From Eledone cirrhosa (taxonomy: Eukaryota), in assembly GCA_964016885.1 (NCBI GenBank), contig OZ024740.1:71610001-71674000 (forward strand): DNA of 64,000 nucleotides, read 5' to 3'. The notes under the pieces are model-generated. The model was not told the DNA's origin. It searched no databases and saw only the letters and a list, made by a program, of their open reading frames with translations. The position numbers and the translations under genes are program-made. Below, piece after piece: positions 1 through 13,095 of the stretch (positions within the stretch are counted from its first letter, which is position 1; each line of letters opens with the position of its first letter).

Positions 1-1589
1 TCATAAGTATCATTAATAAAATATTTTAGAGCACCTGTTGAATTTCTTGTAGTGATTGCTTTCATCTCATTATGCACTTGAGTAAAATCTGCCAAAATCA
101 ATATTGCCCTTCATCATTTAGTAATTAATTAATTTTAGTGCAAATTTTTTAAAACCCCATCTCTAACTTTTTTTAATTATGCTTTCTGTTTTGAACATCT
201 GAGATTTGAAATCTAAAAAAACAAAAATGCATATATTTGTTTGTTAGTAAATATGGCTGAATTGAGATTAATATCTAATGCATATGTAATGAATATATGT
301 AGCAAATATAATATATGTAAATATATGTCCAGGAATAATAAATCTATAAGTCCAAATGAAGTTTGGCTTTATAAAATTGTAGAAAAGTGTTGTGCTTGTC
401 TCAGTGCAACCCTTTTGTCACCAGATCCTCAATGAATTTCACTGCTAATGTGTTTTAATTGATTTTGAAAGTAATAGAAAATTTCTGAGAATTTAGTTAC
501 TTGTTCATTATTAAGCTGGTGTTTGGATTATAACTGAACAAACATTTTATATATAAAATTATGACAGAAGATTTTTCTATGAGTATGAATAGCTTAAAAA
601 GGAGGGTTTTGTATCATTGAACTTGTGGATTTAGCTGTATTGGTATCAGTTAAGTGACTGATATTAGTTTCTACAAGCAGGAAAGTTATGTAACTCTAAA
701 AACCGTTGCTCCATCTTTCATGATCTATGTGAAATTGTCAAAACATCTTGATTTATTAGGATTTTCAGCTGCAGTACTTGACTGATACAATATTTTATTG
801 ATCCTGGGAAACACTGAAAATAAAAGAAACTCATCAAAATACAGTTATGAACATAGTTTACAATTCTGTCTCAACTAATGAAGGATATATTTATGAAGGA
901 TTTATTTGTTCTGTATTTAAAGTGAATATTTTTTAAACACACACACATGCACATGTGTAATATATGCAATCACATGCATGTATATGCTTTTTTTTTTATT
1001 CTCATGCACCTAATATTTTTCATATATCTCTTTTTATATTCAACTCCCACACAATATTACACATAATTAGATAAACACAATATCTAATATAGTCACACAG
1101 AAGAATCCTTTAACATACATTTTTAAAGCAAAACTATTTATCCTACATAACTCTATGTATATTTTAACAGATGTTCTTTTGGACTGACATACAAACATAT
1201 ATTTATGGTTGAAAAGATCCAAACCCAATATCTGTCTGTTTGTTCTTTGGATCAAATAGACAGAAGGGCTGCATGCAATTCTGAGATTAGTCTGCTATGT
1301 TAGTCTAAAAATAACCAGTATTTTTTTCTCTAAAATAATTGAGTTTCATTTTATTTACTTTACATTATACTGTACATATTTAACCTCATTTTACCAAAGA
1401 GAGATAAAATATTTTCTTACTGTACTTTGTGCAAAAAGGAAATATCGAAAATTTTGTCATTTTGGAAGTTGATCTTTTCAAGGTTAATTCTTTTCAGTTT
1501 TTTTTTAAATATAAAAAAGCAATCAAGCACTTCAAGATAATTGTTTGTGCTTGTGTTATTATGACTTGGTTTATTTTCAGAAATATATC

Positions 1590-1915
1590 ATCTCTGATGA
1601 CCTAGTACATCTAAATACATGCTGATAACCTAGTTCTCATAGCTGAATATGAATTTAAGAAATTCTAAACGTGGAAGCAATTCATAAAATTGATAGATTT
1701 TAATGTAAATCTAGCAAATAGAAAGGTTTTAGCATGAAAGAAAACTAGACTCTATTGTCACCTGAATGGTGGCCATGCTTGCCATGCAGAGAAGGGGTAG
1801 GGAAGAATTTTGTGTGCTCAATGTAAACTATAGGTGCACAAAAGTTGCAGTGGTTTCACAGCAGACTGACAGAGAACTTTGTATGTAGCAGATGTGCAGA
1901 GGTGTTAACAGTAAG
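1590..1915 (+). pseudogene. Old degenerate RTE LINE fragment (RT motifs 5-6 and PHD finger)
   Basis: Decayed matches to the intact RTE copies in this window: catgctgataacctagttctcatagctgaa (YADDL..IAE), aatctagcaaatagaaaggtt (NLAKTKV), ggccatgc..tgcagagaaggggtagggaagaat (WPC..CRKGVGRN), gtgcacaaaagttgcagtgg (VHKRCSG); many stops and indels. Confidence 0.7.
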
Positions 1916-2567
1916 ATCATTCATAAAATAAATTCTTTCAAATGCTTGAAAAGCTCACTAAAAGTAAAAGTGTTACCTATGTTACTTATGTAATTAGCAC
2001 TGGAAGAAAGTGTTCTAAACATATTATTTACCAGTGTAAGAATGGGTGGACAAAGTTTTGGGAGCAATTGCTTTATGGAAAATGGACATGAAGTAATAAT
2101 GTATATTGCAAAGCATCCACCCCCACCCCCACACACACACAAAAAAAGAAAAAAAAATCTCCAGAGTACAGTTAATAAAATTCTTAAATACTAATTAAGT
2201 TTGTGTGCTGTAAGACTTAAACTATATGCCTGCAAGAGTGAGTGTTATTGCTGATTACAGTTGAAGAAAGAACAGCTGGGTCAAAACAGATTTATTCAAT
2301 TTTTATTAAAACAATAGTGGTTGATGTTATTGATTCTTGAGGCCACTGAGTAAAAGTCACTAAATAACAAATACTTGTTTGGCTGTGTACTTAAATACAC
2401 CATTCAAAATTAACCAGTTGGAAAGCAAGATTATTATGATAGTCATCTATTTCTGAGAAAAACATTGTGGTACATGATTCCTATGGAAATGATGCTTTCA
2501 AAATGATTTAAGAGGAATCAGTTATGTAAGTGCATGGATAAAGTTGATAGAGTTATCAAATTTCTAA

Positions 2568-2735
2568 ATAATTGTTTCTAACATACAAGGCCAGCAATTT
2601 TAGAGAGAAGAAAGTCAATTAAATTGATTCCAGTATTTCACTGGTACTTTATTTTATTGATCCTGAAGGATGAAAGCAAAGTTGACGTCAGAGGAATTTG
2701 AACTCAGGACGTAACGCTCTAGTAATACTTCCAAA
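2568..2735 (-). mobile_element. Degenerate Meta-domain SINE
   Basis: ctggtactttattttattgatcctgaaggatgaaagcaaagttgac...gaatttgaactcag is the reverse complement of the SINE body at 3859-4042. Confidence 0.65.
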
Positions 2736-3858
2736 TTTCCAAATAATAATTGCTTTTGAAAAGATAGTATATAGTCAAGTGTTTAGTTACAGATGATTGG
2801 ACCCCCCCCCCCCCCCCCGTATGTGCCTGGTACTCGTTTATTCAATCTCAGCAGGATGGAGTGTACACTTGACATGGATGAGGTTAGAACTTGGGTTGTT
2901 GAAGGATGGAATTAGACATTGGAAGCCTTTTATCTTGTTCTCTACTGTTTTTACTATTCCACCACATAATAATAACAATTTTTTTTGTAACTGCAGCATA
3001 ACTGAATGGTTTAGTGGCTTGCTTCACAATTATTAGGTCCTGGTCCGATTCCACTGCATGGCACCTTTGGAAAATGTCATTTACCATAACCTTGGGTTGA
3101 TCCATGTCTTGTGAGTGAAACTAGGTAAATGGAAGCTATTTAGAAGCATATCAGGTGGACAGTACCTCTAATTCAAAGGGCATGCCTTGTCACTGATTAT
3201 GTCATGTTGAATAACCCTGTTCAACCACTGACATGTTAATTTCATGAGCAAGCTGTTCAGTTGACCAAACAACTGGAACACTCATCATCAAAACTGATGG
3301 AGGTCCATTCCAATAATTTCTTATATTGACATAAGGCCATGCATGTTATTAGTCAATTAAGTCAACTCCTATACTTGACCACTGCTTGTTTTATTGGTTC
3401 CTGGAGGATATAAGACAGAGTGAAACCCGGATAATTTAAACTCAGACAGTAAAGGGCTGGAACTAAATACTGCAATATTGTCCAATGCCATATCAATTCT
3501 TCCTCCCCCCTTTTAATAACAGTATTAGTAACCTTAATTCTTTGGTAATTTAGTGTGTTAAAGCAAGCAGTACTTATTATGTCCCACAGCTTAGCAGCTT
3601 GACAAAGATCAGAGGAAGAAGTATCATACTTAAAAATAAAGTGTGAGTTGGCATCAGAAATAGCATCTGGTAATACTGTCCAACAGTCTTGTCCAACATA
3701 TACCAAGAAAAAGAAGAGGTAAAAATGATTATGGTGATGATGACGATGTACATTGGGCATATATTCACATATTGTTTATAGCAATGTGTTTATTTTATCA
3801 TTATCATCATCACCGTCATTATCATGATTTGTTATCATTAAAACAATTATTATCATTA

Positions 3859-4042
3859 ATGGCACGGTGGATTGGCAGTATCAGTAGAGGGTCGGACGCC
3901 ATGCTTTGACGCATAGTTACGCCTCTTGCCATTCTGAGTTCAAATCCCGCCGAGGTTAACTTTGCCTTTCATCCTTATGGGGTCGATAAAATAAAGTACC
4001 AGTAATGCACTGGGATAATTGCTGGCCTTGTGTCAAAAGTAG
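3859..4042 (+). mobile_element. tRNA-derived Meta-domain SINE with 18-bp flanking direct repeat
   Basis: A-box-like tggcagtatcag, B-box gagttcaaatcc, Meta-like core gcctttcatccttatggggtcgataaaataaagtacc; AAACAATTATTATCATTA at 3841-3858 and 4043-4060. Confidence 0.85.
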
Positions 4043-4587
4043 AAACAATTATTATCATTATTTAAATGCAGTGTTGCTTGTCTTCAGATTAGTATCTGGA
4101 ATTACCCAGGACAGTTGTACAGGAAAACATTGATAGAACTTTATCTTCCCACCTCCTCATTCATTCTTCTATCTTCTTATTACTATTACAACCACTATCA
4201 CTAACCTAGCTTTTATTTACTGTAAGAACATGATTTCATGATAGTAAATTTATAGACTTCTTTAAGTAATTAAACAAAGTAATTAATAAATCATTAAATT
4301 AATTTCTGCTGTAAATGTCAGCATATTATGTGTGATTAAGTTTGCTTCAAAACCACATGGTTTCTAGTTTTGGCCTACTGTGTGGTATCTTGAGCAAGTA
4401 TCTATTACTATAGTTACTTGTGAGTAAATTTGGTTGATGGAAATTTTAAGGAAGCCCATAATCTCTCTCCCCCCTCTCTCAGCCGAAATACAGATCTGTA
4501 TGAGTAAAACATGGTTACCTGGCCTGAATTCTCTCATAACATGACAACCCACCTAAATCACGCAACCGTAGAAAAATAGACGTTAAA

Positions 4588-4657
4588 TGACGATGATGAT
4601 GATATATATATATATATTGATGATGATGATGTTGATGACGATGACGATGACGATGAC

Positions 4658-4691
<34 letters not shown>

Positions 4692-4702
4692 GTGTGTGTG
4701 TG
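4588..4702 (+). repeat. (GAT/GAC)n-(TA)n-(TG)n compound microsatellite at an RTE-type 3' tail
   Basis: Follows gaaaaatagacgttaaa, the same terminal motif that precedes (GAT)n in the RTE at 53630. Confidence 0.85.
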
Positions 4703-4719
4703 TAGTTCAAGATTTAAAA

Positions 4720-4830
4720 AAATACAACCACAGTTTTATTAGTTTCATGCTTGTGGGGGAAGGAAAAAGAATATTGCAATATATCTGATATTAGTTCTTC
4801 ATCAGGAAAGTGTAAAACTAGAAGGTTGGA
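4720..4830 (-). mobile_element. Degenerate Penelope-type pLTR fragment with decayed hammerhead core
   Basis: agtttcatgcttg..aggaaaaag..ctgatattagttcttcatcag aligns with agtttaatgcttg..aggaaaag..cagacactagtccttcatcag at 49908-49969. Confidence 0.45.
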
Positions 4831-5494
4831 AGGCTGTGAAAAAAGGGATTTCTAAAGAATAGTGAAGTGGGGATGTAAGTAGTCCAATGTGGGTGGATGT
4901 TGAGAGGCTGGCAGAGTGTCCTGGTCTATCATTAGTGCTATGTATGTGTGGATGTGGTGCATTTTGTGAGTGTGCCAGCTGTTGTTTTTATTTTTTGTTT
5001 GTATGTGTGTATGTATGAGTATGTGTTTCAGAGTGGTATATATTTAGTTTGCTATGGTGTGTGTGGGAGGTGTATTGTGTGGATTCCAGTCACTACAAAT
5101 ATAATATTGACATGTTTATAAATGGTGAGTAGTGATATTGTTTAAGTTCCCCATAAATAATATCTCCTAGAGCGTAATGGCTCACTGTAGGTTTAGTGAT
5201 ATATATCATACTTTAAAAAAAAAGAAATAAATTAGCTATGAGTGGGTGTCAGGAAGTGCATTTGACCAGAAAAAAACCCCAGCCTCAGATGTCTCATCCC
5301 AACCCATGTATATTTAGAAAAATGGATGTAAAAATTATGATTATGATGATGATTTATTTATTTTTTGGAAGTCCTTTAGATATTTGTCTTATTTTCACAT
5401 CTCACACAGAGATAAAATTTGTTTATTATTTGTATAAGAAGCACTAGGAATAATTTAGTGTAAATGCAAGTAGTTTAAATGTTGTTGCTGCTGT

Positions 5495-5680
5495 TATTTG
5501 TTTTTTTTAGCCCTTGATTGAGCAGATCTATGATAAAAGGCAGTCAAGCTGTGATAATCTTTTTCTCTTTTTCAAGAATTATCTAGCACAGACTAAATTA
5601 TCAAAGACAGTAGGGTGTAATTTATAGGAGATTTGGCTGCTATTTCTAACAAGGAGAGGTATCATGTAGAAGCTCTGTCG
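5495..5680 (-). mobile_element. (AAC)n-tailed SINE-like dispersed repeat
   Basis: gagatttggctgctatttctaaca and ttagccc..gagcagatctatgataaaaggca are reverse complements of the family at 19030, 48585 and 49065. Confidence 0.6.
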
Positions 5681-6042
5681 CTGTTTATGTGAAAGGTTCT
5701 GGTTAGCTACTTTTTATTACTACTAACAATTGTTGATGAATATATATCCACCATGTTGCCCTATTTCCCAGTATTTCTATTATATATGTCATTTATATAT
5801 ATGGATACACCTATCAGGATTGTTATATACTATCATCATCATCACCATTTAATGTTCATATTCCACACTAGCATGGATTAGATGAGTTGTCCTGTTGAGA
5901 GACAAGCCAGGTCAGATGACCATGTCTTGCTCGTACAGAACTAATTTTGGTTTGGTTTCTACAACTGGATGCTCTTTCTAATACCAACCTCAACCTGGCT
6001 TTTATTTAGTATTTTAATATGTCATATTGTATACACCCAGCA

Positions 6043-6375
6043 GGAAGGCACATGGTGTAGTGTTTAGGGTACTAGGCTCATGATTGTAATGTCATGGATT
6101 TCATTCCCAGACTGGGCAAAGTGTTTTGTCCTTGAGTAAAACACTTTATTTCATATTTCTCAAGTCAACTCAGCTGGCAAAAATGAGTTGTACATATAAT
6201 TCAAGGAGCCAGCTTTGTCGCACATTGTGTCACACTGAATCTCCCTGAGAACTACATTAAGGAGGCACATGTCTGTGGGATGCTCAGCCACTTACATGTT
6301 AATTTCACAAGCCGGCAGTTCCTATTTATTGTAATAACTGGAGCACTCACTGGAAATGACAGAGGTCCAACAACA
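6043..6375 (+). mobile_element. tRNA-derived CORE-like SINE
   Basis: tRNA-like head ggcacatggtgtagtgtttagg, CORE-like gtccttgagtaaaacacttt; colinear with 22059-22385. Confidence 0.75.
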
Positions 6376-9300
6376 TACACTCAGCACTATTATGATGCGA
6401 AAGACTCCAAATGAACCCCTATGTTCCTGTATGTCCCTATTGTACATATCCAGCATTGTTCTGTCATATCTCATTCTCAAAATTGAAAAAGGGCCCTATA
6501 ACATTTATATGGTAGTATTGTATTAGCAGTTACACTAACATAGTGTGATTCAGAATAGAAGTGTATATGAAGGCATCGATGGTATGTTTATGTGTAATAA
6601 ACAAGTCTCACTATAAATGTTTTAAGCTGTGATCATGTATATGACACAGCTATTTCAGTAGCCATGTGAGAATGCCAGACAAATGTTTCTGCATTTTTAT
6701 CCATCAACTGTATTGTTTACTCAGTACTGAGACCAAAATAAGCTATAGCTTATATACTTTGTGCATATAAAACATCTACTGGAGATACTCCTTTGCATAT
6801 AGTGTGAGCTTGATTGGCTAAGATTAGTTAGCAGTAACACTAATATAGTGTGATTTATAATAGATGTGTATATGAAGGCACATATGATATGTTTATGTAG
6901 TATAATATGTTTTATATGATTTGCACATTACTATATCACAATGATCAGGGTTATTTAACACACCTATTTAATATTGGTGAAAGAAGCTAGGTTATTGAAT
7001 AAAGCTTGGTAAGAACCTCTTGCACTACAACTTTGCTGGAATAAACACTTTATAGCTGGATATTAATCCCTTGATTAAGCACATTACAGGGCATATAAAA
7101 TCTAGTCAGTTCAGATCAATTCATCACCATCATACATTTATTTTCTATGCTTGCATGGGTTTGATGGTTTGTCATGTTCTGAGGCTAGATTTAGTCATGT
7201 GACTACGTCTTGCTCATATGTTCCAGTTTTGGCTTGGTTTCTAAAGCTGAATGCCCTTCTTAATGCCAACCACTTTTCAGCATGTACTGGGAACATGGTT
7301 TCTATGGCTGAATGTCCTTCCTAACATCAACCACTTTACAGCATGTACTAAGAGCATTTTATTATGACTCTGACACTGCTACCCTATGGGGTGGATCGAT
7401 TGAGAAACTCAGAATTAGTTGATTGGTCAATTGGGAATTACATTATTTAATTTTGGCTGCATATTTCTCCATCTTGTTATATGACAAGTCTGTAGTTAAA
7501 CAACTTAAACAATAAAGGACTAAGTCCACTTTGGCAGCTTGTGAATATTAAACAATTATGCAACTGCTATGCCAAGTCCATTGGCAGGCTTTGGTGTTCA
7601 GATGGGGCTTTGGAATATTCTATGCGGTCACTCTAATTTTCAACAATTTTAAGGCAGAGTTTTGGAATAAGCATATATCATTGTAAATTTTTCTAAATCT
7701 GAGAGTGCATCATTGAAAAGTAAAGAGGTAGGAGTAGTGCCATGATATGCAGTCTAGACTGGTTCTTCATTACTTAGCAATAACTCCAGTTTTTAAGTCC
7801 TTTCTGTCTGTTTTGTTGAACCAATTTCTTTAGCTAATTTTCCTGTCATTGTTGTCCACATTGACATAATTAGTTAGAACTTAGAACAACTTCTTAAAAA
7901 AAAAAAACTTTGCTTTTACCCAATGATATCTAAAATCAGTTAAATGAATTGCTGATGGGAATTGTTGGTTGTTATTGTTGGAAATGTCGTACAGGTGGAT
8001 TTAAAGATTTAGTATTTGGTGGTGTTATAGTGCTGTAGTATTTACCTGAAAATACTCTCCACTAGAAAGTTGCTCACACGTATGGGACAGTACTCACATG
8101 AAATATCATATATGTATGTACACATAGATTTTAGATTGCATCTAAGATTTATGCTATTATCACTTCAATCGTGTAGTTGTATTCTCTCTGTCTATCTCTG
8201 ATACTACAATGGCATCGACTGATTTATGTCATTCTATCTAAACTTAGAGCTAGATACATCTGATTGTGTATAATCCTTAATGTCTTCCTCAGGAGATCAG
8301 CTTTCTGAATCTGACTCTTTGAATTTTTTTATCCCCCACCCCTGTACTCATGTGAAACAATTTAAACTTAAAATTAATTTCATCCAAGTTAATTATATCT
8401 ATCTTCCATTTCTCACCAGGTTAATGAACACCACTACTGTTCCCTACTGTCTTCTCATTATATAACATTGTTGCACCTTCTTTAACTCTTTAACCCTCAT
8501 GTTACTTTACATACATTCAGAAATTCATTGCTTGCTGATGGAATGTTATTCCTTCTCTGGCTAAAAAATAATTTAATGTTCCACCCTCACTCCACCAATC
8601 TCTGATGCTACCATTTCTCATTTCTCTTATCTCTTATCTTCAACTCAATAAAGACATCTTTGATTAAGCTGAACATTTTTTTTCTTTTCAGTTCTTGAAA
8701 TTGAAAGGCACTTAGTAATAAAAATAAATATTTCAGGTTGCTTGGTTATTTAATCAGAAATAATTTTTTTTGTGTAATTTATGTTTGTTTTTGTTCATTT
8801 ATTTGTGTATATTATGTTCATTTCCTAGCATGAAGACAATGTTATTTTAGTCACACAAGTTTTATCATACAGGCTGGTTTAGATTTCCTGTCAATTTACC
8901 ACAGCACCATATCACACCATCACACCATCATACCATCATCATTCTTGATAATGCCCATCTGTTGCTGAATATCTGAATAGTGTGTCAGCTGATTGTGTGT
9001 GTTTCTTATCTGGAGGTACTTTCAGCTAACTAATTTTGACTCTGAAGTTGCCACATAAATATCACTGATTCTTATTCCTGCTGCTTAAGCTTGCTATCTT
9101 TGATATAGTGGTGGTGGCCACGGTAGTTGGTTAAGTTTGTTATACTGTCAAATCATAAATATTTTTCTCTTGAGAAGTAGGGAAATATTGAAGAAGGATT
9201 TATTCTTGTACTCCAATTCAAGTGCATCCATTAAAAATCCTGAAGTCGACATGATATTGACAATTTAAAAGTAGAATAACTTGCTTTGCTATGAAGAAAA

Positions 9301-10094
9301 CTTTTACATTTCTGTTAATAATATCTTTTATCAGAAAATGATATTTTCAAATGGATACTCCATCCATCTATTCATTATCATCAGAATACATACACTCTCT
9401 GAGAAAGGATACTACCTGAAATATTAGACTTGTTTCTTCATCCCTGCAAATTAATTTATTCTACTTTTCAATTGTCAATACTCACTCTGCTGACATAGAT
9501 CATGAGTTTCATTGGCTCTTACTCTTTACTTTATTATCTCAACAACTCTACTGTACTTGAATCAGTATTTCAGCTGTTTAAAATATTTTCTTGGTGTTGT
9601 TAATCAATTAGAACATTAAGTAGAGCATCAGACTAAACTAAATGTACCGTAGTATTTAGTTTCAGCACGTTTGTCAGAATTACATTTACTTTATATTAAA
9701 GCTTGTGGTGGTGATGGGTGCAATGGTGGGTAGGGCGATAAAGTAAGTACTGGTAATAAACTATAACAGATATAACCTACTTAAGCTGATGAGGGAGCTT
9801 CTATAACGTTGCTTGACCTGCTAGAAATGGCAGTCATATCTCCCACAATTTCCACTCTGCCATGAACATATTGGATAAAAAGGCCTTGGGTGCCTGGGGA
9901 AAAAATGCAGAGTTCATGGCTGAAATGTATTTGATCATTGGCCTGACTCATCAGGTTAGACCAGGGGTGGGGGCTAAACAACATTAACCACAAACCTGGG
10001 CACTCACCTGTAATGCAGAGGAAATGAAGATAGCCAAATACTGAGACCTGACCATCTGCTTCCTTTTTGTTGGTTGGCTTCGAGACTTCTGGTG

Positions 10095-10265
10095 TTCTCG
10101 TTTTCCCAAACTGCCATTTTTCTCTGCAAAATTAGGAGGAGTGCATCATGCCAAAAGAAGGAGTCCTTTGAGGTGGAGTAGCTGATGCAGTGGGTGTCAG
10201 CAGCAATGCCGTCACCATTTTATTTATAGGGCGAGCTGAGATACACCACCTAGGCTGGGGTGTAG
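10095..10265. repeat. Unclassified dispersed repeat, copy 1 (copy 2 at 20570-20735)
   Basis: Shared blocks caaaat.aggag, gaggt.gag.agctgatgcag, gcaatgcc.t..ccatttt, agctga..ta.ac..cctag...ggggtgta. Confidence 0.6.
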
Positions 10266-10507
10266 AGTTTGTGGCTCGACCTGAAGTGACCCCTGATCTC
10301 TGAGTTACACTCTATCGAGTAATGTTACTTCAAAGATCTTTCAATGGAACTGCATTTCGGCCGTTTGCATTCGCGATCATATTCTTTTTGTCATTACCCA
10401 AAATTCATGACCATAGGTAAGTGTTGGCATGAATATTGAATTAAAGATAGCCTTAAAAGTGAAATTTCATAGATTGTGTGTGTGTGTGTGTTTATATATA
10501 TATATAT

Positions 10508-10812
10508 GGAGGCACATGGCTTAGTGGTTAGAGCATTGGCCTTGCAATCGAAAGGTTGTGAGTTCAATTCTTAGACCGGGTGATGTGTTGTTTCCTTGAG
10601 CAAGACACTTTATTTCACATTGCTCCAGTTTACTCAGCTGTAGAAATGAGATGATAGGGACTGAGGTCCATATCATTCCACTGCAAAGTGGTCGTGGAGG
10701 TGCCACGGCAAGCAGGGAAAAGCGGACGTAAAATGAAATGATGATGAAATGATATATGGGTCCAACCCTTGCAAGCAGGGAAAAGTGGACGTAAAATGAT
10801 GATGATATATAT
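10508..10812 (+). mobile_element. Young CORE-like SINE with RTE-type 3' end (internally deleted, plus a second 3' tip)
   Basis: Head nearly identical to 37731; middle deleted between two gcaa motifs; gcaagcagggaaaag.ggacgtaaaatga terminus occurs twice; (TA)n on both sides. Confidence 0.9.
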
Positions 10813-11479
10813 ATAGGCGTAAAAACTATGTAGAATTACATCCCTTTCCACTAAACCAATGGCTGTAGTCCAAATATTGAAACCAGTAAAATAATTGAAG
10901 AACAAATGAAATATTTATAAGTGATTTAACGAATGTTTTATATGCTAGGTGTGGTCTAGATTTTTACTAAGTTATCCAAGCTTGCCCTTCCTTTTAGTCA
11001 TGCATCCAATTTTGGACTTATCTTCTGAAGACAAAGTATACCAGATTAGTTTTCTGTTGCAGCCAACCAAGCATAAAGTTTAAGATTTCTAAAATAAGAG
11101 TAATGGAAACTATGAAACATATATTCTTCCCATGGGAAATAGGAGTGGAAGGTGAAACTGTTGCAAGAATATATAACCAGGTTTCAGACCCAGTTTGCTT
11201 GGAGATATTTTTTTTGTTTATGGTGGATTTGACCCAGTAATATATGTTCAGGAATTTATTGTTGGTTATACATTACTTTGAATTATATTTTTTTCATCTC
11301 TTAACTGCCCGGATACAACCTCTAAATTTTTATTGATTTATCTCTAATCACTATCAGATGTCTTATTTTGAATTAATAGTAAATATTTGAACAAGTGTTG
11401 AACTTTTAGCAGTGTAAATTTCTGGTGTTTCTGATTCCCATGGCATCTCCTTATTCACGGCTATTGGGACAGAGTTAGC

Positions 11480-11660
11480 CACCCACAGGAGTGAGCCCTG
11501 CAAGTTGGAATAACTGTTTCAATGCATCCTACTTGCTAACATTTTGGGCAACACTTTCTCCATTCCTGTCTGCTGGGACTATGAGGCAGCTTGTACCTGT
11601 GATTCGCTATTCCAGAGAATATTCTCCTACACCATCTAGGCTTGTATCATTGGGGTAGCG
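11480..11660. repeat. Unclassified dispersed repeat, copy 1 (copy 2 at 12935-13095)
   Basis: Shared actttctc.att..tgtc..ctgg.actatgaggcagcttgt.cctg and c.aggcttgtatcattg.ggt. Confidence 0.7.
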
Positions 11661-12934
11661 ATCATTGAGTATTCTTTCTCATATTTTTGTTGTGTTTTTA
11701 CACACACACCATATATATTCCTTTAGAGTTGAAAGAGTATATAAAAAGATTAAAACCTCGCCACACACAAAAACAGTAATATGTTTTCAACCAATAAAGT
11801 GCTCAACTAGCAGGCAAAAAGATGGTCGTTGCCAAACATTTTGTGACGATTATATATAATATATAAAAACCAATCAAAACATGCTGTAGATGTAAATATT
11901 TAAAAAAAAATCCTTTTATCTCTGAATATGATATTAATAATCTGAAAATTTATAATCTTATAATAACAATTTGTCTCAAATATTTAGTTATCTAATGTAC
12001 AATGCCTTCTCAACTGCCTAAGGCAGTGAATTGTATCACCTTATATTATTTTCATTAAATGTCCTAAACAACACAATACTACTGATGGCAAGATACAAGC
12101 TATTGACTTTTCAGATAGACTGTCTATGACTTTCCTAATGTTTGCTAATATTGCTTATTTCATTGATTCAATGCCTCTTTTTTTCTATTGTTTTACATTC
12201 ATTGTTTTCAGGCTTACATGAGTAGGACAGTTTATTTGTTGGAGTAATTGTTATTTAATTAGACTCTCTTCCTGTTGTCAAGCAGGATTGGAATCTGGTT
12301 TTTGTTCAATCAGGCAACAGGAGTAAGCAGAAGATTTTGTGAGATTTGAATTTATATCCCTGTGTTCAATAGTTTGGTACCTGAGCCTCAGAGTCATTGT
12401 CTTATCAACTGTACATTAAATGCTGTACTTAAATGGCTATAACCTATATTTATAAAACAGAACAGACAAAGTGAATATACATTGAAGTTCATTTATCCAC
12501 TTGAATATGTAACATTGTAGGTTCAGAATTTTAAGTTATCAAATTGTTTATCAATTATATACTCTACTAGAACATTATTCTTTAGTTGTGGCATCATATC
12601 TTATTCCTGTGTTTTGTTTGATCTAACTTACTTTGTAGATTTTCAGCTGTAACAATCCCTTTTGGGTTAGATACCATATAAACTAGTGTATAAGTTACAT
12701 GTTTTTCATGAAAATGTATGAAAAACAAAATCTCAGTTGAAAATATATGGTACAATGTAAATGTTGTATGTAAAATGGAAGTGTGATTTGTTCACTAGTA
12801 TGGTATATTGTCTATATACTTGCAAGCTGTTGAAGTATTGGCTGTTTTCTAATAAGTTTGTCACTGAACCTGTAGCAGTGAGGACTTTTGGCATTCTTGG
12901 TCCCTGTACCACCACCCTACTCATTTTTATCCGG

Positions 12935-13095
12935 GTGGAGTTGGTTATTTCAACACATCTCCCTTACTATCCTCTGGCGTAATACTTTCTCTATTATGTC
13001 CACTGGAACTATGAGGCAGCTTGTGCCTGGGGTCTGCACATCAGAGTGCGATCTCCCACACTGTCCAGGCTTGTATCATTGAGGTGACAATGGTA
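12935..13095. repeat. Unclassified dispersed repeat, copy 2
   Basis: Colinear with 11480-11660, same orientation. Confidence 0.7.

Noticed and set aside
1216-1264. Hairpin tctgtctgtttg/caaatagacaga with upstream gatccaaa complementary to its loop
   Set aside because: A pseudoknot would need a zero-length loop across 7 bp; short quasi-palindromes are common in AT-rich DNA
3362-3760. 132-aa minus ORF and possible plus-strand exon
   Set aside because: No recognisable domain, stops in the plus frames, and it ends in an RTE-type (GAT)n tail
8200-8560. Possible ancient Penelope RT relic (also a GIY-YIG-like trace at 21130-21240)
   Set aside because: Too decayed to support without a translated search
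12268-12322. Bulged hairpin tcctgttgtc/ggcaacagga
   Set aside because: Only a 10-bp outer stem; no snoRNA boxes or second hairpin I can support
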